A stretch of 63,594 nucleotides of DNA from an uncultured Methanosarcinales archaeon (lineage in GTDB: Archaea; Nanobdellota; Nanobdellia; Woesearchaeales; CAZPJY01): NCBI GenBank assembly GCA_964587045.1, contig CAZPJY010000003.1, positions 2,079 to 65,672 of the forward strand. The letters run 5' to 3'. Every line of letters starts with the position of its first letter. Position 1 is the first letter of the stretch. The position numbers were made by a program, and so were the translations under genes. The notes under the pieces were generated by a model. The model saw only the letters and a program-made list of their open reading frames with translations, was not told the origin of the DNA and searched no databases. Shown in pieces: positions 45,301 to 56,001 of this stretch.

Positions 45301-45622
45301 TATAAACTTCTTTTCGGGAGCAGTTCAAGGTCTATCGAAGATTTTTCTCGGACTGAGCAAGGATATAGTATTTCCTGCGGAGCACTTTAAGGACGGTTCC
45401 GGGCAACTGCTATCTCAGCTTGAGGTCCAGGCAGTTTGATGCGCAACCAAGGCCATTCATCCCATATCTTGCCCACTACCATCCTGATATGCTTGAGGAG
45501 GCCCTCGACCGCTACTCCTGCTACGGGGGGAACGAGAACAGGGAGGCGATCCTCGAACAGCTTAGGGAGAAATACACCTGATTTTAGCTGAAGGAAGAGT
45601 TTGAGGAAAAGAACCTAAAACC

Positions 45623-46312
45623 CTATTCGTCTGAGTCGCTGGTCTTGGATTCCTCGGAGTCCTTGATCGCGTCCTCAATGCAGGTCAGGAGGATCGCGCT
45701 TTCCAGCGGTACGTCCTTTGAGTCGTTGACTCTTATGACATACTTGTCAGAGCCCAGCAGTCCGCGTTTCCAGTTGATCTGCTTGTCGATTTGGTAGTCG
45801 ATGTTGCCCAGGTTGTCCTTTATCGTGTGGTTTCCGAAAACGCTTGAGTTGGTGATCTTCTGGGACCTGCCTATCTCATTTTTGTATTCGTCGTAGAAGT
45901 GGAAGATGTAGCCCCACTTGAACAGGTCGTTCCAGCGCTCCTCAGCCAGGTATCCCAGCACGTGGCCATCTCCGTCGTAGACCGTCGCCGAGCGGTTCAG
46001 CTTGAAGAGGTACCTTTTATCCTCTTCTTCGAAGGCTACGAGCGTCCCGTCGACAGTCTCGAGGTCGAACCTGTCGCCCCCGAACACCTTGAAATCCTTG
46101 CCGCTGACCGTGGCGACGCGCTCGTTGTCCACGATGATGTTGTAGTCCTTGCCGATGTTGAGAACAGCCTCTTCGACTGTGATCTGCCTGGCCGAGAAGA
46201 GCTTGTCATAGGCCCCTGTTTTCGCGTCCTCAGGCTGGCTCAGTACTCCGTAGATCGCCGCCCCAAACAGGCCTGCTGCGAGCGTGATGGTTGCTAATGG
46301 TTTGAACCGCAT
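45623..46312 (-). CDS. membrane-anchored protein, Tubby C-terminal-like / LURP-one (YxjI-like) fold
   Basis: N-terminal anchor MRFKPLATITLAAGLFGAAIYGV. Repeated beta-rich pattern (FDLETVDGTLVAFEEEDKRYLFKLNRSATVYDGDGHVLGY). Assignment tentative. Confidence 0.4.
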   Translation of the reverse strand: MRFKPLATITLAAGLFGAAIYGVLSQPEDAKTGAYDKLFSARQITVEEAVLNIGKDYNIIVDNERVATVSGKDFKVFGGDRFDLETVDGTLVAFEEEDKRYLFKLNRSATVYDGDGHVLGYLAEERWNDLFKWGYIFHFYDEYKNEIGRSQKITNSSVFGNHTIKDNLGNIDYQIDKQINWKRGLLGSDKYVIRVNDSKDVPLESAILLTCIEDAIKDSEESKTSDSDE

Positions 46313-46458
46313 TGTATCATCTCCTTTCGTGGCGAGAAATCCCTTATTTTTAAAGGTTTCTTTCTTTAACTACTGATAAGTAGTATTTGAAATTGTCATT
46401 TTCCACTGGACAGGCTTAAGCACTAAACATAAAAAGGGCCGGATTATTCCCGGAACTG

Positions 46459-49269
<2,811 letters not shown>

Positions 49270-49271
49270 GT

Positions 49272-49523
49272 TCACCCGTGCCTCAGCTTCAGGTAAAGAA
49301 TCGACAACGCCAACAACAGTCCCACGCTGTTCATCGCGGCCACGGGTCCGTTTCTGATGATAATCGCGTAGACTATCCAAAGGACTAATCCCACCACATA
49401 GACGACGTATCTCCATAGGCTCAGGTCCCTGGTTTTTTTGGTCTTCCAGCTCTTGATGGCCTGGGGGAGAAGCGATATGACCACGAGGATGCCTGCAGCG
49501 TATCCTAAAATATCAATCCACAT
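49272..49523 (-). CDS. SemiSWEET / PQ-loop sugar transporter
   Basis: 83 aa, three TM helices, with the PQ motif in SLLPQAIKSWKTKKT. Confidence 0.7.
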   Translation of the reverse strand: MWIDILGYAAGILVVISLLPQAIKSWKTKKTRDLSLWRYVVYVVGLVLWIVYAIIIRNGPVAAMNSVGLLLALSILYLKLRHG

Positions 49524-49623
49524 GACCAGGTGAATGGCTTGGCTAACTTAAATACCTTGTGCAAATCGGTGTCTTCCTGGCCTGGGGGAAAAACTTTTAG
49601 GATACCTGTTCTTCCACCGCAGC

Positions 49624-49923
49624 ATGAGAATAGAATACAGGCACAACCTGACGCATGAGGAAGCCTACAGGAGAATCAACAACCTCATAATTGATATGCA
49701 AAGGGAGCATGCTGATAAGATAAGCAATCCCAAGATGAGCTGGAATCACGAACGCACGAGGATGGACTACAGCATGATGATCATGGGGTTCAGCACAAGA
49801 GGGCAGGTCACCTTGAGCGAGGGCAAGATCAGCCTAAAGGGAGAGCTTCCACTGATGGCTAAGATGTTCTCCGGAAAGATCGAGGAAATGGTTAGGGAGC
49901 AGTTAAAGGACCTGCTTGCCTGA
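49624..49923 (+). CDS. hypothetical protein (possibly PHA-granule-region-like family)
   Basis: 99-aa ORF. Weak recollection of similarity to the polyhydroxyalkanoic acid system family. Not verifiable here. Confidence 0.3.
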   Translation: MRIEYRHNLTHEEAYRRINNLIIDMQREHADKISNPKMSWNHERTRMDYSMMIMGFSTRGQVTLSEGKISLKGELPLMAKMFSGKIEEMVREQLKDLLA

Positions 49924-49969
49924 CGCAGGCGAGCAATCTTTTTATACTGCCCGTGCGTTCACGCCTTCC

Positions 49970-50512
49970 ATGGCTGTCACCATCACGTATTTTGTTCACG
50001 GGACCACCACCGACAACGAAAGGCACCTGGCCACGGGCTGGTCTCCTGGAGAGCTGAGCGAAAAAGGCATCGAGGAATCGAAAAAGCTTGCAGCCCAGGT
50101 GTCACACCTGCGCTTCGACGCAGTCTTCTGCTCTGACCTGAAGCGCGCTGTCGATTCCGCCAGGCTCGCGTTCGAAGGCTATCCGATTTTAGAGGACAAG
50201 CGTTTACGCGAGTGCGATTACGGCGACCTCACCGGGCATCCAGCAGGAGAGTTCAAGCCGAACATGGACAAATACGTCGACGAACCTTTCCCGAACGGGG
50301 AGAGCTATCACGACGTCGAGGCGAGAATCGCTGATTTTCTGGGATTTCTCGGAAAGGAATATCCCGGCAAGCACATCGCAGTCTTCGCCCACCAGGCACC
50401 CCAGCTGGCGCTTGAAGTGCTGCTGAAAGGGAGGACGTGGGAGCAGGCCATCGACGAGGACTGGAGGAAAAGGAAGGCCTGGCAGCCAGGCTGGACATAT
50501 GTTCTCAGGTAA
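49970..50512 (+). CDS. histidine phosphatase superfamily (phosphoglycerate mutase-like) protein
   Basis: YFVHGTTTDN, CSDLKRA, RLRECDYGDLTG, NGESY, VFAHQ. The usual RHG triad reads VHG here. ATG 49970 lies about 25 nt after a TTTTTATAC box. Confidence 0.65.
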   Translation: MAVTITYFVHGTTTDNERHLATGWSPGELSEKGIEESKKLAAQVSHLRFDAVFCSDLKRAVDSARLAFEGYPILEDKRLRECDYGDLTGHPAGEFKPNMDKYVDEPFPNGESYHDVEARIADFLGFLGKEYPGKHIAVFAHQAPQLALEVLLKGRTWEQAIDEDWRKRKAWQPGWTYVLR

Positions 50513-50527
50513 ATCTACGCGCAAGGA

Positions 50528-51409
50528 TCAGCGGCACCGACCTTCCACGGTCCTGAGGTCCTTGCTTTCCATGGTAATCTTCCCCGAGCTCACGTCCACG
50601 GAATACTGCCTCCTCACCAGGGCGATCTGGTCGCACAGGCCCCAGTCCCCGATGAAGCCGACAACGTGGTAGATGACATAACGTATTGAGTCCCCGTCCT
50701 CGTAGAGGTAGTGGTCCAGGATGGGATTCTGGCTGCCTGCGCCAGGATGCTCAACATACCACAGGTACTCAATCAGCTCCTTTGCGTTCTCGTCAGTTAT
50801 GGGCCTTTGGCTGAAGGTGCCCAGTCCCTCCTCCTTTTGGAACTTGTCGTACCCCGACTTGTCCAGATAACTGCATTTGTGGACCCTGCTCAGCAGGACG
50901 TCAGAGGGATTTTTGGCATACACCCTCGTGAACTCGAAGTACTTGTCGGTCTCGCGCTCTCCTGTCAGGTTGCGGTAGTACGCGCTGTTCCTGCTCGACG
51001 CTTCGGACCATGCGAGCGCCTGGGTCCTGTTGTCTGTGCAGAGCTCGATCCATTCTAATCCCCGTTCCTTTGGGGGCTTGATGCTGATCGTGTTCTCGTA
51101 GTATATGTTTCCTTGGAGGGTTCCCTCATTGTAGAAGCCAGGTATGTATGACGTCCCGTTGTATGCCGCGTTGAGGATTTCCGCGTCTGTGAATTCGGGA
51201 TCAGGAGGCCGCACGATTGAACGGTCTTGGGCAGGCTCTGTCTCCTCGCCGGTGCCGGGCGGCGGTTCCACCTCTTCCATGTAATGTAAGGGGCCCATTT
51301 CATCTTCATCTGGTTTTGTCTCTTCGGCGTACTGCTGCTGGGCGCATCCACTGATCATCCCAAGTAGGAGGATGCTGAACAGGAGGATATGTTCAATTCG
51401 CATGTTCAT
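50528..51409 (-). CDS. secreted lipoprotein, function unknown
   Basis: MNMRIEHILLFSILLLGMISGCAQQ is a signal peptide with the lipobox ISGC, followed by an acidic Pro-rich linker. Confidence 0.6.
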   Translation of the reverse strand: MNMRIEHILLFSILLLGMISGCAQQQYAEETKPDEDEMGPLHYMEEVEPPPGTGEETEPAQDRSIVRPPDPEFTDAEILNAAYNGTSYIPGFYNEGTLQGNIYYENTISIKPPKERGLEWIELCTDNRTQALAWSEASSRNSAYYRNLTGERETDKYFEFTRVYAKNPSDVLLSRVHKCSYLDKSGYDKFQKEEGLGTFSQRPITDENAKELIEYLWYVEHPGAGSQNPILDHYLYEDGDSIRYVIYHVVGFIGDWGLCDQIALVRRQYSVDVSSGKITMESKDLRTVEGRCR

Positions 51410-51572
51410 ATGCGTGCCGTTCAGAATATTTAAAGATACCCTTTCCACAATTAATCTCAGACGGCTCGCTCTCCATCGCCGACGGCGAAGGAAAAATTAC
51501 CTATGATTTGCGAAGCACCACCTGTCAGGAGAAGGAAGGGTTTGGAGTGTATGGAAGCCTTGGGAAAAGGGT

Positions 51573-51761
51573 CTATTTTCTAATCTTAATTAAAACCGCA
51601 CAAATAATTATGGCGACTATTGAAACCCCAAACATGATCCAGTCATATAGAAGAGCCTGTCGAGTATAAACAATTTTGACGACATTGATCATGCTCATTA
51701 AACCGATCCCAATCCAGAATGCGATGCTCCATTCTAGAACTCTTTTTGATTTATTTAACAT
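51573..51761 (-). CDS. small two-TM membrane protein (paralogue B)
   Basis: 62 aa. WSIAFWIGIGLMSMINVV...WIMFGVSIVAIIICAVLIK. Same layout as the upstream paralogue, with an 11-nt overlap. Confidence 0.5.
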   Translation of the reverse strand: MLNKSKRVLEWSIAFWIGIGLMSMINVVKIVYTRQALLYDWIMFGVSIVAIIICAVLIKIRK

Positions 51762-51948
51762 TCTTCTTTCCTCTTTTCAACAAAATCATGTTTAAAATCA
51801 GGCCAATTACAGCAACTCCTGTTATTAGATAGTTATAAAGTAATATATCACTTTGAGCACCACCCTTTAGATTCATAATCATGTTGATTATACTATAAAC
51901 TCCTCCACCAATCCAAAAACCTATGCCATATTTGTTTAAGTCGCTCAT
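51751..51948 (-). CDS. small two-TM membrane protein (paralogue A)
   Basis: 65 aa. YGIGFWIGGGVYSIINMI...YLITGVAVIGLILNMILLK. Confidence 0.5.
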   Translation of the reverse strand: MSDLNKYGIGFWIGGGVYSIINMIMNLKGGAQSDILLYNYLITGVAVIGLILNMILLKRGKKNVK

Positions 51949-52168
51949 ACATGATATGTAGTGGACCGAATATATAAACTGTCTCCTTTTTGTAATAGTA
52001 AAGAAACTTCAAACCCCCAAAGATTTTTAGCAGATTTTATATTGAGTTTAATCGATGTTATAATACCCGAAGGGCTGAAATTTAGTGCAATGTTCCCGAA
52101 GGAAAATTTTAGAGTTTGGAATTCTGGCCATTATCTTTATATATTTAAATGATTTTTTTAATTATTAG

Positions 52169-52564
52169 ATGAAACCTCATAAAATCCTTTATAAAAATCA
52201 GGAAGATGTTTGGAATAAAGCAGAAGCTAATTTACAGAACTTACTATCAATTTGTGATACTGTAAAAGAAGCTTACGTGTGGGCTTCTCTTGCTGAAGGG
52301 AAATTTGGCGTTTATGAAGAACCATATCGAGGTCAAATTGGTTCAGATATAGACTTAGTTATTGTAATGAAAGAACCAATGCATCTTCCAAAAGATTGGA
52401 AATTTACTAAAGTCGAAAAATCATGGTTTGATTTATATCATTTAGGATATTTTGAATACGAAGGACATAAACACCAAATTGACGGTTTAATTGTTATTCC
52501 ATCTAAACATGATATGAGTAAAATGAAAAAAACATTAGAAGGAAGATCAAGAAAAATATTTTAG
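52169..52564 (+). CDS. minimal nucleotidyltransferase (pol-beta superfamily, MNT-like)
   Basis: 131 aa. GQIGSDIDLVIVM matches the G[SG]...DxD nucleotidyltransferase motif. Confidence 0.65.
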   Translation: MKPHKILYKNQEDVWNKAEANLQNLLSICDTVKEAYVWASLAEGKFGVYEEPYRGQIGSDIDLVIVMKEPMHLPKDWKFTKVEKSWFDLYHLGYFEYEGHKHQIDGLIVIPSKHDMSKMKKTLEGRSRKIF

Positions 52565-52657
52565 GCCGGAATTCTAAATTGAAACTAATCACTGTTATAT
52601 GTTTTTTCTGCAAGAAAAAATCAAATCTAAGAGTTGACAGTATGACGCAGGACACTT

Positions 52658-53170
52658 TTACGTTAATTTCGCTAAAACTTCTTTTAATGTATCTTCTGGG
52701 GGCTTTTTGGTATCTATAATAATAGCATTTTCAGGAATGTTAGAGTCAATATCTTCTTTTTCATCTTCTATATTTTTGCTCTTAACATTTCTATATTCAA
52801 TATCACGTTTTTTCATTTCATTAAGATCTAGATTGAATTGGAACCATAATGATTCGAAGTTATTATTTGAAATAAATTCTTGGTACTTCTCAATAACTTC
52901 CTTATATCTGAATTGACCTTCGATGAAAATGTAGTCGTAATGATCAATTTCTAATAATTTTAGTATTACAATTTTTATAAATTCAACTGAATTTGTATGA
53001 GCTATTAGATCTTTTCCCTTATATTTGAACTGCATTTGCTTTCTAAAATCATCTTCAGAAAAATATGCGCAATCTTTTTTATATTCAACTTTTAAAATTT
53101 TAAGAAGCTTCTTTGTTACTGTAGTCTTACCAACTGCAGGAGCACCTCTGATGAAGATGATTTTAACCAT
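52658..53170 (-). CDS. P-loop NTPase / small-molecule or nucleotide kinase-like protein
   Basis: MVKIIFIRGAPAVGKTTVTKKL (Walker A) and YIFIEGQF (Walker B-like). About 170 aa. The upstream 58 codons of ORF 52658-53344 run into repeat DNA and are not counted. Confidence 0.6.
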   Translation of the reverse strand: MVKIIFIRGAPAVGKTTVTKKLLKILKVEYKKDCAYFSEDDFRKQMQFKYKGKDLIAHTNSVEFIKIVILKLLEIDHYDYIFIEGQFRYKEVIEKYQEFISNNNFESLWFQFNLDLNEMKKRDIEYRNVKSKNIEDEKEDIDSNIPENAIIIDTKKPPEDTLKEVLAKLT

Positions 53171-53244
53171 AAAGATATTATAAAGCCCGCTAGTTAAATA
53201 GTTTTCTAAAGTAAAAGTGTCCGAGTAATATTGCACATATCCCT

Positions 53245-53274
53245 TGTTAAATTGAGTACTTGTATTCGATTCAA
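53245..53274 (+). repeat. 30-nt direct repeat, left copy (flanks the duplicated cassette)
   Basis: TGTTAAATTGAGTACTTGTATTCGATTCAA. Matches 54233-54262 at 28 of 30 positions. Confidence 0.85.
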
Positions 53275-53343
53275 TCGCTGTTAGTCTCCTTTTGCGAAGC
53301 AAAAGTTCGACGAACGTCGTGTGGAGAAAGTTAAAACGCAGCA

Positions 53344-53649
53344 CTACTGAATTAAATTATTCCAATAGCCAGCAACTTCATTAACCGGATCAGTCATCCA
53401 TTCACTTACTGCTGGACAGCTTTTTGCAGCGTGGTAAGCATCGTCATATGCCTTATACGCTTCTCCAATTGCTATATTCAGTAATTTCACTTGTCCTTCG
53501 CTTAATGGAAAAGAATTGATAGTAAAACGTCTGTCATGTATATTTTTACTCAGCACTTTTTTTTGCTCTTCTTCTAGAGGAAGTGAAGCTATCAATCCTT
53601 TCAATATATTAACTTCTTCTGAAAGTCTTTTTTCAAGCGATGCTGCCAT
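53344..53649 (-). CDS. hypothetical 101-aa helical protein, copy 1
   Basis: MAASLEKRLSEEVNILKGL... The ATG lies about 22 nt downstream of a CTTTTATATATCCC box on the minus strand. The ORF track gives a longer 134-aa form starting at 53748. Confidence 0.5.
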   Translation of the reverse strand: MAASLEKRLSEEVNILKGLIASLPLEEEQKKVLSKNIHDRRFTINSFPLSEGQVKLLNIAIGEAYKAYDDAYHAAKSCPAVSEWMTDPVNEVAGYWNNLIQ

Positions 53650-53820
53650 GCTTCTTGGTAAAAAAAAGGGATATATAAAAGTTACTATTCTGAAGAAGCG
53701 ACAACATACAATCGGCGAAAATATGACGGGCTGCATTTTTATTGACACTAATCGCTGTTAGTCTCCTTTTGCGAAGCAAAAGTTCGACGAACGTCGTGTG
53801 GAGAAAGTTAAAACGCAGCA

Positions 53821-54126
53821 CTACTGAATTAAATTATTCCAATAGCCAGCAACTTCATTAACCGGATCAGTCATCCATTCACTTACTGCTGGACAGCTTT
53901 TTGCAGCGTGGTAAGCATCGTCATATGCCTTATACGCTTCTCCAATTGCTATATTCAGTAATTTCACTTGTCCTTCGCTTAATGGAAAAGAATTGATAGT
54001 AAAACGTCTGTCATGTATATTTTTACTCAGCACTTTTTTTTGCTCTTCTTCTAGAGGAAGTGAAGCTATCAATCCTTTCAATATATTAACTTCTTCTGAA
54101 AGTCTTTTTTCAAGCGATGCTGCCAT
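53821..54126 (-). CDS. hypothetical 101-aa helical protein, copy 2 (identical)
   Basis: Identical to copy 1, shifted by 477 nt. The longer form starts at 54225. Confidence 0.5.
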   Translation of the reverse strand: MAASLEKRLSEEVNILKGLIASLPLEEEQKKVLSKNIHDRRFTINSFPLSEGQVKLLNIAIGEAYKAYDDAYHAAKSCPAVSEWMTDPVNEVAGYWNNLIQ

Positions 54127-54232
54127 GCTTCTTGGTAAAAAAAAGGGATATATAAAAGTTACTATTCTGAAGAAGCGACAACATACAATCGGCGAAAATA
54201 TGACGGGCTGCATTTTTATTGACACTAATTCC

Positions 54233-54262
54233 TGTTAAATTGAGCACTTGTATTCGATTTAA
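54233..54262 (+). repeat. 30-nt direct repeat, right copy
   Basis: TGTTAAATTGAGCACTTGTATTCGATTTAA. Confidence 0.85.
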
Positions 54263-54459
54263 CTGTTCATATCGGCAATTGGCCCTAAACCAACAGATTA
54301 CCCAACCTCCCTTATGGAATAGATTTGAATATCTCGAGAATTTCCCAGAAAATAAATAAGAACCTCCTCGGAAAAAAATATTGAATACTACTTTGTAACG
54401 GTCGAGAGCTCCTGTGCTTCCACAACGAATAAATAGCCTAAGATAATCCCAAGAATCCC

Positions 54460-56001
54460 ATGCACGAGAACCTCCCCCACAGCCCCGGCTGCTACCTCTT
54501 CAAGGACGCCCACGGAAACATCATCTACATCGGCAAGGCCAAGGACCTAAAAAAGAGGGTCGCAAGCTACTTCCAGAAGCGCGGCCACGACGCCAAGACC
54601 GGCATCCTCGTCGAGCACATCCGCGACGTCGACTTCATCGCGACCGACAACGAAAAGGAGGCGCTGATTCTCGAACGAACATTGATCCGCAAGCACATGC
54701 CCCGCTACAACATCGACCTCAAAGACTCCAAGAACTACGCCTTCCTCCAGCTAACGGACGAGGACTTCCCCAGGCTGCTCCTCGCAAGGAAGAGGGACGG
54801 CGCAGGCCACTTCTACGGCCCCTTCGTCTCGGCAGAGGAGCGCGACCACGTGCGCCAGGTGCTCAACCGGACCTTCAGGATACGGACGTGCAGGCGCATG
54901 CCCAGGCGCGCGTGCCTGCGCTACCACATCGGGCTCTGCTCTGCGCCCTGCGTAGGCAAGATATCGGAGGCTGACTACGCCCGCGACATCAGGAACGCCT
55001 CCATGGTGCTGAAAGGCAGGACGAAAGAGCTGCTGGACAAGCTGAGGGCAGAGATGGAGATACACTCCGAAGCGCAGAGGTTCGAGTACGCCATGCGGCT
55101 GCGCGACCAGATCTTCGCCCTCGAGCACCTGGAGGAGCGGCAGAAGATGGACCGCGCGCGAAGCTACGACGAGGACGTCATCAGTTACATAGTAAAGGAC
55201 GGGACCGTCCACCTCGCCGTGTTCAAGATTTACAAGGGTACGCTCTCGGCAAAGGAGGAGTACACCTTCGCAGAGAACCCCGACTTCCTCGAGGAGTTCG
55301 CGACAGGCTACTACGAGGAAAAGGTCCCCAAGGAGATCATCGTGCCGAGGAGACTGAGCGACGCGCTTGCCGAGTGGCTTTCAGACAAGAGGGGCGGCAA
55401 GGTCAGGATCACCGTCCCCAAGCAGGGCACGAAAAAGGACCTGCTCTCCCTTGCTGAAAAGAACATCGAGCTAGCGCTCTTCGCAGACGAGATCTCGCTT
55501 GAAGACCTGCAGAAGAGGCTGAAGCTGCAGGAGCGGCCCTCGATCATCGACTGCTTCGACATCTCGCACCTCTCAGGCACCTCGACTGTCGGATCGATGG
55601 TGCAGTTTCGGAACGCCAAGCCGTACAAGTCCAACTACCGGCGCTTCAGGATACGGACTGTGAGGGGCATCGACGACCCGAGGTCAATCGCAGAGGTGGT
55701 CCGCAGGAGGTATTCCCGCGTGATCGCAGAGCAGGACGACCTGCCCAACCTGATAGTCGTCGACGGCGGCAGGGGCCAGCTCAACGCCGCGCTGAAAGAG
55801 CTCGAACTATTGCACCTAAGGATTCCGACAGTCGGGCTCGCCAAGCGATTCGAGGAGGTGCACGTGCCGGGCATGTCCAACCCGATAAGGCTCGAGCGCA
55901 AGTCGCACGCCCTGAAGCTGCTGCAGAGGGTCAGGGACGAGGCGCACCGCTTCGCAATAACCTACCAGAAGCTGCTGCGGGGAAAGAGGGCGCTAGAGTG
56001 A
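54460..56001 (+). CDS. uvrC: excinuclease ABC subunit C, short form without C-terminal (HhH)2 domain
   Basis: GIY-YIG N-terminus (PGCYLFKD...IIYIGKAKDLKKR), UVR-like helix (QRFEYAMRLRDQIFALE), and endonuclease domain ending RDEAHRFAITYQKLLRGKRALE-stop. 513 aa. Confidence 0.85.
   Translation: MHENLPHSPGCYLFKDAHGNIIYIGKAKDLKKRVASYFQKRGHDAKTGILVEHIRDVDFIATDNEKEALILERTLIRKHMPRYNIDLKDSKNYAFLQLTDEDFPRLLLARKRDGAGHFYGPFVSAEERDHVRQVLNRTFRIRTCRRMPRRACLRYHIGLCSAPCVGKISEADYARDIRNASMVLKGRTKELLDKLRAEMEIHSEAQRFEYAMRLRDQIFALEHLEERQKMDRARSYDEDVISYIVKDGTVHLAVFKIYKGTLSAKEEYTFAENPDFLEEFATGYYEEKVPKEIIVPRRLSDALAEWLSDKRGGKVRITVPKQGTKKDLLSLAEKNIELALFADEISLEDLQKRLKLQERPSIIDCFDISHLSGTSTVGSMVQFRNAKPYKSNYRRFRIRTVRGIDDPRSIAEVVRRRYSRVIAEQDDLPNLIVVDGGRGQLNAALKELELLHLRIPTVGLAKRFEEVHVPGMSNPIRLERKSHALKLLQRVRDEAHRFAITYQKLLRGKRALE

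Larger units (their letters stand above)
53276..54229 (+). repeat. perfect tandem duplication, 2 x 477 bp
   Basis: ORF-track pairs 53344-53748/53821-54225 and 53516-53761/53993-54238 are offset by exactly 477 nt. The first pair has identical translations; the second differs in one residue where it runs past the unit's right junction. Units run 53276-53752 and 53753-54229. Confidence 0.9.
51570..54440. other. AT-rich genomic island (putatively horizontally acquired)
   Basis: Hand counts of 60-nt lines give about 22-32% G+C (about 47% in the duplicated cassette) versus about 57-67% in flanking genes. Holds only small accessory genes. Sharp left edge after GGGAAAAGGGTC at about 51572. Confidence 0.7.

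Noticed and set aside
53276-54229. Tandem repeat considered as a CRISPR array or minisatellite.
   Set aside because: There are only two units of 477 bp, each a complete gene with its promoter. No short repeat-spacer periodicity and no cas genes are present.
53245-54262. Integron-like gene cassette. GTTAAAT in the 30-nt repeats fits the GTTRRRY attC core.
   Set aside because: No matching inverse core or imperfect palindrome typical of attC was found. No IntI-type integrase is in the window, and the island genes are in mixed orientation. This remains speculation.
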